Of a DNA stretch of 64,000 bases, positions 56,265 to 64,000 are shown one piece after another. The notes under the pieces were generated by a model that was not told where the DNA came from, did no database searches, and saw nothing but the letters and a program-made list of their open reading frames with translations. The DNA comes from Clostridia bacterium (GTDB lineage: Bacteria > Bacillota > Clostridia > UBA1212 > UBA1255). The stretch covers positions 3,587-67,586 of the forward strand of contig JAFWZX010000033.1 of NCBI GenBank assembly GCA_017517275.1, in the 5' to 3' direction. Positions within the stretch are counted from its first letter, which is position 1; each line of letters begins with the position of its first letter. The translations under genes were made by a program, and so were the position numbers.

Positions 56265-57098
56265 GTGAATAACAATTATAATTCAGATAAGATTATAACA
56301 GATACTAAAAGCGGACCTGTGCAGTTTATACAGTCTCTGACTAAGAAGAAGTCAAGAGACGAGCACAGGTGCTTTTTGTTAGAAGGCTTAAGGGCTGTAC
56401 TGGAAGCATTAGAAGAGAAGGATTTTGTACGGGAAGTCGTTATATCCCAATCATTTAAAGCTACTGATGAGTACAGCCGCGTTTTGTCGTTGATTCAAAA
56501 GAATAAAGTTCGTGTAACTTACGTTTCTGATAAGGTTTTTGCATTGATCAGCGACACTAAGACACCGCAGGGGATTGGCTGTGTGTGTCACTATTTAGAG
56601 CCCAAGAGGGTTCGTATAAGCGGCGATATAGCCGAGATTGATAAAGATGTGAAGAATATCCTTCTTTTGGAAGACGTGCGCGATCCGGGCAATCTGGGGA
56701 CCATGATACGTACTGCAGCTGCCGCGGGATTTGATGCTATAATTCTGCTTGAAGGATGTGTAGATATATATAACTCCAAGGTGACTCGTTCAACCGTCGG
56801 ATGTATGTTCCATATTGATTTAATTCAGAATCTTCCTAATACTAAAGCTGTAGTTGATGCTCTGAAGAAGGCCGGCTTTACATTGTATGCTGCTCACCCA
56901 AGAGGAGGTAGCTGCGCGATAGGAGAGAAATTTTCACAGAAGAACGTTATTGTTATCGGTAATGAAGCAAATGGAATTACTACCGCAATGCTGTATCACT
57001 GTGATAAATTGCTGACAATCCCCATGCCGGGCGGTACAGAGTCTTTGAATGCTTCTGTTGCTGCGGCGCTTATGATTTACGAAGTGATAAGAAATTAG
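56265..57098 (+). CDS. TrmH/SpoU-family RNA 2'-O-methyltransferase
   Basis: LLEGLRAV...; SpoU motifs LLLEDVRDPGNLGTMIRTAAAAG, VIGNEANGI and ESLNASVAAA. The GTG start is uncertain because there is no clear RBS. Confidence 0.78.
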   Translation: MNNNYNSDKIITDTKSGPVQFIQSLTKKKSRDEHRCFLLEGLRAVLEALEEKDFVREVVISQSFKATDEYSRVLSLIQKNKVRVTYVSDKVFALISDTKTPQGIGCVCHYLEPKRVRISGDIAEIDKDVKNILLLEDVRDPGNLGTMIRTAAAAGFDAIILLEGCVDIYNSKVTRSTVGCMFHIDLIQNLPNTKAVVDALKKAGFTLYAAHPRGGSCAIGEKFSQKNVIVIGNEANGITTAMLYHCDKLLTIPMPGGTESLNASVAAALMIYEVIRN

Positions 57099-57114
57099 CT
57101 GCAGGAGATAGGAA

Positions 57115-57537
57115 ATGCAAAATTTTGGTTTATCAATGTTATGTTTTTGGGTGTGCTATATAGTCGTGACTTTGGTCGGTATCATGCACACCATATTTAA
57201 TATATATGTTCTTAAAATGAAGCCTATGGATGATACATCAATGGGTGAGGGCTATGAGAGAACAAAACCTTGGCATCCACTTTATAATATAGTTTTATTT
57301 TCTTTATCCGGATGGCTCTATATGGAAGAGATTGCTACTCCTTCCATTAAAGAAGCTTTGATAACTGGATTGATTTGGGCTGGTATCTGCATTGTGTTTG
57401 ATGTTTTTGGGTGGGTACTCATTAGGCATCCGTGGAGTCTGTCTTTTAAGGGGTTTTATGTAGATTATCAGCCGTGGATAACACTTATTTATTTTGCGAT
57501 TTTTCTGGGGCCGATTGTTGGGTACTTTCTTGCATAA
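57115..57537 (+). CDS. Hypothetical integral membrane protein (4 TM)
   Basis: 140 aa, four hydrophobic segments, RBS AGGAGA. Confidence 0.55.
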   Translation: MQNFGLSMLCFWVCYIVVTLVGIMHTIFNIYVLKMKPMDDTSMGEGYERTKPWHPLYNIVLFSLSGWLYMEEIATPSIKEALITGLIWAGICIVFDVFGWVLIRHPWSLSFKGFYVDYQPWITLIYFAIFLGPIVGYFLA

Positions 57538-57550
57538 AAGGGGGACAATT

Positions 57551-58186
57551 ATGCCATTTGACTATAAGAAAGAATATAAAGAATTTTACATGCCGCCTAA
57601 TAAGCCGACTATCGTAGATGTGCCGGCTATGAACTATATTGCTGTGCGTGGCGAGGGTGATCCTAATTGTGAAAATGGTTATTATCAAACTGCAATAGGA
57701 CTGCTCTATGGTATTGCTTATACTTTGAAAATGAGCTATAAAACAGATTATAAAATAAACGGCTATTTTGATTACGTTGTGCCGCCTCTTGAAGGATTCT
57801 GGTGGCAGGACGGAATAGATGGTGTTAATTATACTCACAAAGAAAATTTTAAATGGATTTCTTTAATCAGATTGCCTGATTTTGTCACAAAAGAAGATTT
57901 TGATTGGGCGGTAGAGATTGCTACAGTGAAGAAGAAAACCGACTTTTCACAGGTGGAGTTTATAACATATACCGAAGGACTTTGTGTTCAATGTATGCAT
58001 GTAGGAGCTTATGATAATGAGCCTGAGACAGTAGAAATGATGAATGAGTATGCACATAAGATGGGTTATGAGATCGATATTACCGACAGTAGATATCATC
58101 ATGAAATATATTTGTCTGATTTTCGCAAGACAGCTACCGACAAGCTTAAGACGGTTATAAGGTGCCCGATAAAGAAAATGTTATGA
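57551..58186 (+). CDS. GyrI-like small-molecule-binding domain protein
   Basis: MPFDYKKEYKEFYMPPNKPTIVDVPAMNYIAVRGEGDPN is typical of this family. RBS AGGGGGA. The ORF-track start at 57494 is rejected. Confidence 0.75.
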   Translation: MPFDYKKEYKEFYMPPNKPTIVDVPAMNYIAVRGEGDPNCENGYYQTAIGLLYGIAYTLKMSYKTDYKINGYFDYVVPPLEGFWWQDGIDGVNYTHKENFKWISLIRLPDFVTKEDFDWAVEIATVKKKTDFSQVEFITYTEGLCVQCMHVGAYDNEPETVEMMNEYAHKMGYEIDITDSRYHHEIYLSDFRKTATDKLKTVIRCPIKKML

Positions 58187-58217
58187 CGGAAATGAGTGAA
58201 AAATATAGCAAGATCAG

Positions 58218-58256
58218 ATAGAGACAGCCCGTGTACAATACACGGGCTGTCTCTAT
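58218..58256. terminator. Perfect 17-bp hairpin between convergent genes
   Basis: ATAGAGACAGCCCGTGT-ACAAT-ACACGGGCTGTCTCTAT. There is no clear U-tract on either strand. Confidence 0.5.
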
Positions 58257-58269
58257 AACACTACTTATT

Positions 58270-58698
58270 TTATATCTTCAAACTGTCCGAAGCAGTTTCG
58301 CAGAAAGCGCAACGATAAGTTTTCTCGTTTTTGTCTGTAAGAATGAATCTTTGATCAAGCTCCTGTTCCGTAGATGTGATACATCTTGGATTTTTGCACT
58401 TAATAACGTTAATAAGTGTTTCGGGCAGCTCTAACTTTTGTTTTTTAACAAGTTTACCGTCACGAATTACGTTTACTGTAATATTTGCATCGATATAACC
58501 CAATATGTCAAAATTAATATCAATAAGAGAGTCGATTTTAATAATATCTTTTTTGCCCATTTTGCTGCTTTTTACATTCTTGATTATAGCAACTGTGCAG
58601 TCTAAGTCGTTAAGTCCAAGGTAGTTGTATATAAGCATGCTGTAGCCGGCTTTGATGTGGTCTAATACTATTCCGTTTTCAATTTGATCAACTATCAT
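58270..58698 (-). CDS. pyrI: Aspartate carbamoyltransferase regulatory subunit
   Basis: 142 aa: I.NG.VLDHI, and the C-terminal Zn motif C.NP.CI...C.FC. Confidence 0.9.
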   Translation of the reverse strand: MIVDQIENGIVLDHIKAGYSMLIYNYLGLNDLDCTVAIIKNVKSSKMGKKDIIKIDSLIDINFDILGYIDANITVNVIRDGKLVKKQKLELPETLINVIKCKNPRCITSTEQELDQRFILTDKNEKTYRCAFCETASDSLKI

Positions 58699-58708
58699 AA
58701 GTACCTCC

Positions 58709-59626
58709 TTATTTGCTTAAACCAAGTAGCTTCATTATAAGTGCCATTCTGATGAATTTACCGTTTTGGACTTGCTTAAAATAGCATGCTCTTGGATCTT
58801 TATCGATAGAACGGGCAATCTCGTTAACTCTCGGAAGGGGGTGGAGAATTGCCAGATCTTCTTTAGCATTTATAAGCTTGTCGGGCGACAGAATATATTT
58901 ATCACGAAGTCTGATGTAATCCTCTTCGTTAAAGAAACGCTCTCCTTGTACGCGTGTCATGTAGAGAATATCAAGCTCCGGCATTACGTCTGTAAGAGAT
59001 TCTGTTTCAATATAGCTAAGACCGTTTTTATCAAGTACGTTTGCCTTTACATAGCTTGGCATCATTAGTTCGCTGGGAGAAATGAATACAAATTTGAAGC
59101 CTTCATACCTTGACAGAGCGCTTACCAGTGAGTGAACTGTACGACCAAATTTTAAGTCTCCGCAAAAACCAATTGTCATATTGCTAAGGTGACCCTTTTC
59201 ACGATAGATTGTAAGCAAATCGGTGAGAGTCTGTGTTGGGTGGCAGTGGCCGCCGTCCCCTGCGTTGATAATCGGAGCATTTGATACGTAAGATGCAGCC
59301 AAGGGAGCACCTTCTTTTGGATGACGCATTGCAATAATGTCTGCATAGTAACTTACTGTCTGTACTGTATCTGCAACACTCTCGCCTTTGGCAGAGGAGG
59401 AAGAGTTGGCAGATGAGAAACCAAGTACGTTTCCGCCGAGGTCTAACATCGCAGCTTCAAAGCTAAGGCGTGTTCTTGTGCTTGGCTCGAAGAAAAGGGT
59501 GGCAAGCTTTTTATGTTTACACACCTCGCGGTAGTCATCCGGATTTGCAATAATATCCTGTGCTACATTAATGAGCTCTTCTATCTCGCTAACGGATAAA
59601 TCTGTAATATCAAGTACGTGTCTCAT
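58709..59626 (-). CDS. pyrB: Aspartate carbamoyltransferase catalytic subunit
   Basis: [17 protein letters not shown] and HPLPR motifs. Confidence 0.95.
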   Translation of the reverse strand: MRHVLDITDLSVSEIEELINVAQDIIANPDDYREVCKHKKLATLFFEPSTRTRLSFEAAMLDLGGNVLGFSSANSSSSAKGESVADTVQTVSYYADIIAMRHPKEGAPLAASYVSNAPIINAGDGGHCHPTQTLTDLLTIYREKGHLSNMTIGFCGDLKFGRTVHSLVSALSRYEGFKFVFISPSELMMPSYVKANVLDKNGLSYIETESLTDVMPELDILYMTRVQGERFFNEEDYIRLRDKYILSPDKLINAKEDLAILHPLPRVNEIARSIDKDPRACYFKQVQNGKFIRMALIMKLLGLSK

Positions 59627-60264
59627 TAGTTATTACCTCTCATCCAGCTTTCATCAGATGGGTTGTTGCGGAATGCAATAACTCTTGCGATATCTTCCGT
59701 AGCAATAAAGCCTTTATCTGCTGCAACCTGTGCGATTGTATCGAAGTTTGTCAAGCTGATATTCTTTACATTAGCTTTTTCAAGACGCTCAATGCCTTTC
59801 TTAAGGCCGTACGTTACGATGCTGACGATACCCAGAACTTCTGCACCTGCTTCTCTTAAAATCTCAACAACGTCAATGCAACTGCCTGCAGTAGAAATGA
59901 GATCTTCTACAACAACAACTTTTTGACCCGGAAGCAATTTTCCTTCAATCTGGTTATTTCTGCCGTGATCTTTAGCGCCGGAGCGAACGTATCCCATTGG
60001 CAAATTCATCATATGAGCGGTAATTGCGGCGTGAGCAATACCGGCTGTACTGGTACCCATGAGAACTTCAACGTCAGGATAATTTTCGCGGATAAGATTC
60101 ATAAGGCCTGTCTCTACGTGTGTGCGAACTTCAGGAGAAGTAAGTGTGAGGCGGTTGTCGCAGTAAATAGGGCTTTTAATCCCGCTCGCCCACGTAAAAG
60201 GCTGGTCCGGACGCAGGAAAACAGCGCCGATAGTTAATAAATCAAGTGCAATTTGTTCTTTCAT
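59626..60264 (-). CDS. pyrE: Orotate phosphoribosyltransferase
   Basis: PRPP motif [13 protein letters not shown]. Its stop overlaps the pyrB start (TAATG). Confidence 0.9.
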   Translation of the reverse strand: MKEQIALDLLTIGAVFLRPDQPFTWASGIKSPIYCDNRLTLTSPEVRTHVETGLMNLIRENYPDVEVLMGTSTAGIAHAAITAHMMNLPMGYVRSGAKDHGRNNQIEGKLLPGQKVVVVEDLISTAGSCIDVVEILREAGAEVLGIVSIVTYGLKKGIERLEKANVKNISLTNFDTIAQVAADKGFIATEDIARVIAFRNNPSDESWMRGNN

Positions 60265-60279
60265 TGTGAAAAACCTCCA

Positions 60280-60975
60280 TTAATCTACAAATTCTGCCAC
60301 GCATCTTTTGTAAGCTGCGACAGGGTCTTGTGCCTGGGTAATCGGTCTGCCGACTACGATGTAATCTGAGCCCATTTCTTTTGCAACAGCAGGTGTTGTG
60401 ATGCGTGACTGGTCATCTTTGCTACTGTCAGCGAAACGGATTCCGGGTGTAACTGTTATAAAAGGAATATTTTCCTTTGTAAAATGGTCGTGAATCATTG
60501 TGCTTTCAAGCGGTGAACAAACAACCCCTCCGAGTCCTGCTTTACTCGCATTGATTGCGTAAGTGAGAATAGTATCGTTCATGGAAGCGTCGATAAGGAG
60601 CTCATTTTTGAGTGTTTCCGCGCTTGTTGACGTAAGCTGTGTTACGGCGATCAATATTGCTTTACCGTCCAGACCTTCCATTGCTGCCTGCATCATTGCG
60701 ATACCGCCGCCTGCATGTACATTTGTCATATCAACACCGAATGATGCGATAGAACGCATAGCTTTTTTTACAGTATTTGGTATATCATGCATCTTAAGGT
60801 CGAGAAAAATTTTATGTCCTCTTGCTTTTATTTCTCTTACGATATCGGGACCTTCTGCGTAGTAAAGTTCCATGCCGATTTTTACGAAAGGCTTTACGTC
60901 CGTAAACTTATCCAAAAACTCAAGTGTGTCTTTCTTTGACGCGAAATCACAAGCAATAATTACATCTTTTCCCAT
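60280..60975 (-). CDS. pyrF: Orotidine-5'-phosphate decarboxylase
   Basis: FLDLKMHDIPNTV, and IVVGRPITQA at the C-terminus. Confidence 0.9.
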   Translation of the reverse strand: MGKDVIIACDFASKKDTLEFLDKFTDVKPFVKIGMELYYAEGPDIVREIKARGHKIFLDLKMHDIPNTVKKAMRSIASFGVDMTNVHAGGGIAMMQAAMEGLDGKAILIAVTQLTSTSAETLKNELLIDASMNDTILTYAINASKAGLGGVVCSPLESTMIHDHFTKENIPFITVTPGIRFADSSKDDQSRITTPAVAKEMGSDYIVVGRPITQAQDPVAAYKRCVAEFVD

Positions 60976-61886
60976 TAATGTGCTCCTCCTATTATATCTT
61001 CTAAATTGTTAATTTTATGTTTTTCCATAACTAAAGGTAATTCTTCTATTATTTCCTTACAAGCGTAGGGATTAACCAAATTTGCAGCGCCGACCTGCAC
61101 AGCGGTGGCTCCTGCCAACATCATTTCAATAACGTCTTTTGCTGTTGTAATGCCGCCCATACCAATAATCGGAATTTTTACAGCGTTATATACCTGATAT
61201 ACCATTCTAAGAGCAACAGGCAACACACAGCTTCCTGACAGACCTCCGAAGGTATTGGCAAGAATTGGTTTTCTTTTTGCTATGTCGATTCTCATTGACA
61301 GAATGGTATTTATTAATGATATTCCGTCTGCACCGCCGTCTTCGCAAGCTTTTGCTATTGCTGCTATATCCGTAACGTTAGGGGAAAGTTTAATAATAAT
61401 CGGCTTATTTGAGACTTCACGCACTGCTTTTGTTATTTCATACGCGCTGTCAGGGTTTACACCGAAGCTCATACCGCCGCCGTGAACGTTAGGACAGCTG
61501 ATATTTACTTCAATCCAGCCTACTTGATCTTCGCGGCTTATTCGTTCCACGCAATATACGTATTCTTCCTGTGAAAAGCCACTGATATTTGCCATGACCT
61601 TTTTGTTAAAATATTCCGGCATTTCTTTAAGCTCTCGGCTGATTACTGTGTCGACTCCCGGATTCTGGAGACCAACCGAATTGATCATTCCGGAAGGTGT
61701 TTCCGCAATACGTGGAGTGGGGTTTCCAAATCTTGGTTCTTTGGTAGTGCCCTTAAAGGAAAACGTGCCGAGTATGTTTATGTCATAGAATTCTGAAAAT
61801 TCTTTTCCGTAACCGAAACATCCGCTGGCGGGGATTATCGGGTTATCTATCGTTATGCCGCACAGGTTTACTTTAGTATTTACCAT
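60975..61886 (-). CDS. pyrD: Dihydroorotate dehydrogenase B, catalytic subunit
   Basis: Class 1B features: ASGCFGYG and NISCPNV (active-site Cys). It is adjacent to pyrK. Confidence 0.9.
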   Translation of the reverse strand: MVNTKVNLCGITIDNPIIPASGCFGYGKEFSEFYDINILGTFSFKGTTKEPRFGNPTPRIAETPSGMINSVGLQNPGVDTVISRELKEMPEYFNKKVMANISGFSQEEYVYCVERISREDQVGWIEVNISCPNVHGGGMSFGVNPDSAYEITKAVREVSNKPIIIKLSPNVTDIAAIAKACEDGGADGISLINTILSMRIDIAKRKPILANTFGGLSGSCVLPVALRMVYQVYNAVKIPIIGMGGITTAKDVIEMMLAGATAVQVGAANLVNPYACKEIIEELPLVMEKHKINNLEDIIGGAH

Positions 61887-62617
61887 ATTATTTCCTCCTT
61901 AACCAGTACAGGGCCGTCTTTGCAGATGCGTTTGTTTCCGTATTTTGTCTTGCATGAGCATCCCATGCAGGCGCCGAAACCGCATCCCATGCGTTCTTCA
62001 AAAGAGAACTGACCTGACACTTCTGAATTGTCATAAATTGCTTTGAGCATCGGTATCGGACCGCATGTATAAACGTAGTCATAATCCTTATCTGTGAAAA
62101 GCTTTGCGTTTGTTACAAAACCCTTACTACCGTAACTGCCATTCGCAGTCATAATTTCCACTTCAAGGCCGAGTGCTTTGTATTCTTCTTCGTAGAAACA
62201 GTCCTCTTTTGATGCAAAACCAAGAATTACTTTTGGTTGTTTGCCTTCTTTAAGAAGTTTTTTTGCCAGCATATATAAGGGTGGAGTGCCTACACCGCCG
62301 CCGATGAGCAAAGGCTTGCTTTGGTCATCTTTGATTTGTGTGCTAAAGCCATTACCGAGGCCGGTCAGGCAATCAAGTACTGTGCCTTCTTTCATATTGC
62401 TCATTTTCAAGGTGCCTTCACCCACAACCTTGTAAATGACGGTTATTGTTTTTTCGTCGATATCACATACAGAGATGGGGCGTCTTAAATATAGACCGTC
62501 GATTGCGATATTTATAAACTGACCAGGTGACGTTATTTTTGAAACGTCTCCTTCTAAAATCATTTTGTAAACGTCTTTTGCAATATTTACGTTGCTTTTA
62601 ACGATGTAATTATTCAT
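61880..62617 (-). CDS. pyrK: Dihydroorotate dehydrogenase B, electron-transfer (FAD/2Fe-2S) subunit
   Basis: RRPISV (FAD motif) and the C-terminal CGFGACMGCSC cluster motif. Confidence 0.9.
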   Translation of the reverse strand: MNNYIVKSNVNIAKDVYKMILEGDVSKITSPGQFINIAIDGLYLRRPISVCDIDEKTITVIYKVVGEGTLKMSNMKEGTVLDCLTGLGNGFSTQIKDDQSKPLLIGGGVGTPPLYMLAKKLLKEGKQPKVILGFASKEDCFYEEEYKALGLEVEIMTANGSYGSKGFVTNAKLFTDKDYDYVYTCGPIPMLKAIYDNSEVSGQFSFEERMGCGFGACMGCSCKTKYGNKRICKDGPVLVKEEIIW

Positions 62618-63734
62618 TGGTAACTCCTTTTACAGATGTTGCTATATTTTTGCCGTATACTTCCATACCACCGTATGGGCAACTTCTGCCCATACTCATA
62701 AAGGAATCCGGATTGACTGTATATTTCTGATTAAGATCAAAGGCGCAAAGACCGTTGTTGTCGATTCGAAATACTTTGCGGGGATTAATTGACATTAACT
62801 GAATAAGCTTGTCAAGTGATATCACTTGAGTCTTTACAAGGTGTGTGTAAAGCAGCGGGAAAGCAGTTTCCAATCCTACTATGCCGTTCAGACTGCCTGC
62901 GAAACCTTTTGATTTTTCTTCCTTGCTATGAGGAGCGTGGTCTGTGGCAATCATATCAATTGTTCCGTCGCAGATTGCTTCAAGAAGTGCTTCTTGGTCC
63001 GCACGGCTACGGATCGGAGGATTCATTTTATAATTTCCGCTGTCTTTTACATCTTTATCTGTGAAAATTAAGTAATGCGGGGCAGTTTCACACGTTACAG
63101 GAAGTCCGGCAGCTTTTGCCTGTCTTATCAGGTTAACAGACTCTTTGGTTGAGCAATGGCACATGTGATATCTAACATTTACTGTCTTTACTAATTTAAG
63201 GTCGCGCTCAAGTTGCAGATATTCGCTCTCGGGGGTGGGGGCAAGGCTATCTACTTCACAGTGTGCTGCAATAATGGAGTCATATTTTTTGACTTCTTTC
63301 ATTGCTTTTTCCATTATATCATAACTCTGTACGCCTCGGCCGTCGTCTGAAAAGCCGATTACCATATTATGTAAACCGCCAACATCAGAAAGCTCAAGCC
63401 CCTTTTGTCCTTTTGTAATTGATGCAAAAGGATATACCTGAGTAAGTGCATCTTTTTTTATAATATCGAGTTGAACGTTTAGGTTATCAATGCTGTCTGG
63501 GACCGGATTAAGATTCGGCATCGAAGCTACACCGCTGTATCCGCCGGCAAGTGCTGCCCGTGTACCTGTTGCAATTGTTTCTTTATATGAAAAACCGGGC
63601 TCCCTAAGATGTACGTGAACATCAATAAAACCCGGAAAGATTGAATAATTGGGATTGGAAATAATATCTTGGGGCAAGCGTCCCTTGTATAGTTCGTCTT
63701 TATGTAAACTGTTATAATTTGTATGTTGTTCCAT
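62610..63734 (-). CDS. pyrC: Dihydroorotase
   Basis: PGFIDVHVHLREPG, ...DHAPH... and related motifs. The start at MEQHTN (63734) lies behind GGGAG; the ORF-track start is 11 codons upstream. Confidence 0.85.
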   Translation of the reverse strand: MEQHTNYNSLHKDELYKGRLPQDIISNPNYSIFPGFIDVHVHLREPGFSYKETIATGTRAALAGGYSGVASMPNLNPVPDSIDNLNVQLDIIKKDALTQVYPFASITKGQKGLELSDVGGLHNMVIGFSDDGRGVQSYDIMEKAMKEVKKYDSIIAAHCEVDSLAPTPESEYLQLERDLKLVKTVNVRYHMCHCSTKESVNLIRQAKAAGLPVTCETAPHYLIFTDKDVKDSGNYKMNPPIRSRADQEALLEAICDGTIDMIATDHAPHSKEEKSKGFAGSLNGIVGLETAFPLLYTHLVKTQVISLDKLIQLMSINPRKVFRIDNNGLCAFDLNQKYTVNPDSFMSMGRSCPYGGMEVYGKNIATSVKGVTNE

Positions 63735-63773
63735 TAAAATAACTCCCGTTGATATTTGATTTTCCAATTGGCT

Positions 63774-63803
63774 ATACTACCATTTTGAGAGGGGGGAAGT
63801 CAA
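63774..63803 (-). promoter_or_regulatory. Candidate pyr operon promoter
   Basis: On the minus strand: TTGACT (63803-63798), 18 nt spacer, TAGTAT (63779-63774). Confidence 0.4.
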
Positions 63804-63858
63804 GTACAGGATTTGCGGGCATGATTATAGTTGCATACTATCTGTAATCATTTTCATC

Positions 63859-63887
63859 TTGATTTGCATATTATAATGGTGTATTAT
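63859..63887 (+). promoter_or_regulatory. Candidate promoter of the FMN-riboswitch transcript
   Basis: TTGATT (63859-63864), 17 nt spacer, TATTAT (63882-63887), about 8 nt before the RFN element. Confidence 0.4.
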
Positions 63888-63894
63888 GACATAG

Positions 63895-64000
63895 TCTTCA
63901 GGGCGAGGTGTAAATCCTCACCGGCGGTATAGCCCGCGAGCCTGCATGGCAGGTTGATCCGGTCAAATTCCGGAGCCGACGGTACAGTCCGGACGGGAGA
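63895..64000 (+). promoter_or_regulatory. FMN riboswitch (RFN element), 3' end cut by window
   Basis: CTTCAGGGCGAGGTGTAAATCCTCACCGGCGGTATAGCCCGCGAGCC...GGTCAAATTCCGGAGCCGACGGTACAGTCCGGACGGGAGA matches the conserved RFN core (GGTGAAATTCC / ACCGGCGGT / AGCCCGCGAGC / GCCGACAGT.AAGTCTGGATGGGAGA). Confidence 0.88.

Noticed and set aside
1-64000. Search for CRISPR arrays, tRNA/rRNA genes, transposases, integrases, phage genes, toxin-antitoxin pairs, a dif site and DnaA-box clusters
   Set aside because: I noticed no regularly spaced repeats, no cloverleaf-like or rRNA-like sequence, no ORF with recombinase, transposase or phage hallmarks, and only isolated near-matches to TTATCCACA. A by-eye scan cannot exclude small or degenerate elements.

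Overview
This 64 kb window looks like a chromosomal segment of a low-GC Firmicute, probably class Clostridia. The evidence is GGAGG-type ribosome-binding sites, B-type PyrD with PyrK, AddA, a PPi-type phosphofructokinase and many Cys-lipobox lipoproteins. Everything here is read by eye: protein calls are motif recognition from memory, and start codons were re-picked from RBS spacing. No database search, GC computation or RNA folding was run.

Most of the window is housekeeping:
- Glycolysis: fba (5'-truncated), a PPi-type pfk and gap.
- A seven-gene pyrimidine operon on the minus strand, pyrC-K-D-F-E-B-I.
- ilvBN.
- prfB with its programmed +1 frameshift.
- secA.
- infC-rpmI-rplT behind an L20-type leader.
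- addA, an aconitase-family hydratase, an ABC-F ATPase and thiN.

Three riboswitch or leader elements can be read directly: a TPP riboswitch at about 1945-2040, the L20 leader at about 54975-55120, and an FMN (RFN) riboswitch cut by the 3' window edge.

I see no rRNA, tRNA, CRISPR array, transposase, integrase or recognisable transcription factor.

I did not find a convincing novel multi-gene system. The best leads are:
1. An AT-rich orphan island (about 9.8-12.4 kb) with one membrane-anchored helical protein, two tandem paralogous lipoproteins and what look like decayed gene fragments.
2. A secreted glycosidase-like protein ending in a non-LPXTG tripartite C-terminal signal (GGCGSSS, hydrophobic helix, KSKKRR).
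3. A single reading frame fusing a FolT-like ECF substrate-binding component to FolC, translationally coupled to a PHP phosphoesterase.
4. A tightly coupled membrane-protein and large-lipoprotein pair inside a run of envelope lipoproteins with Pro/Thr-rich linkers.
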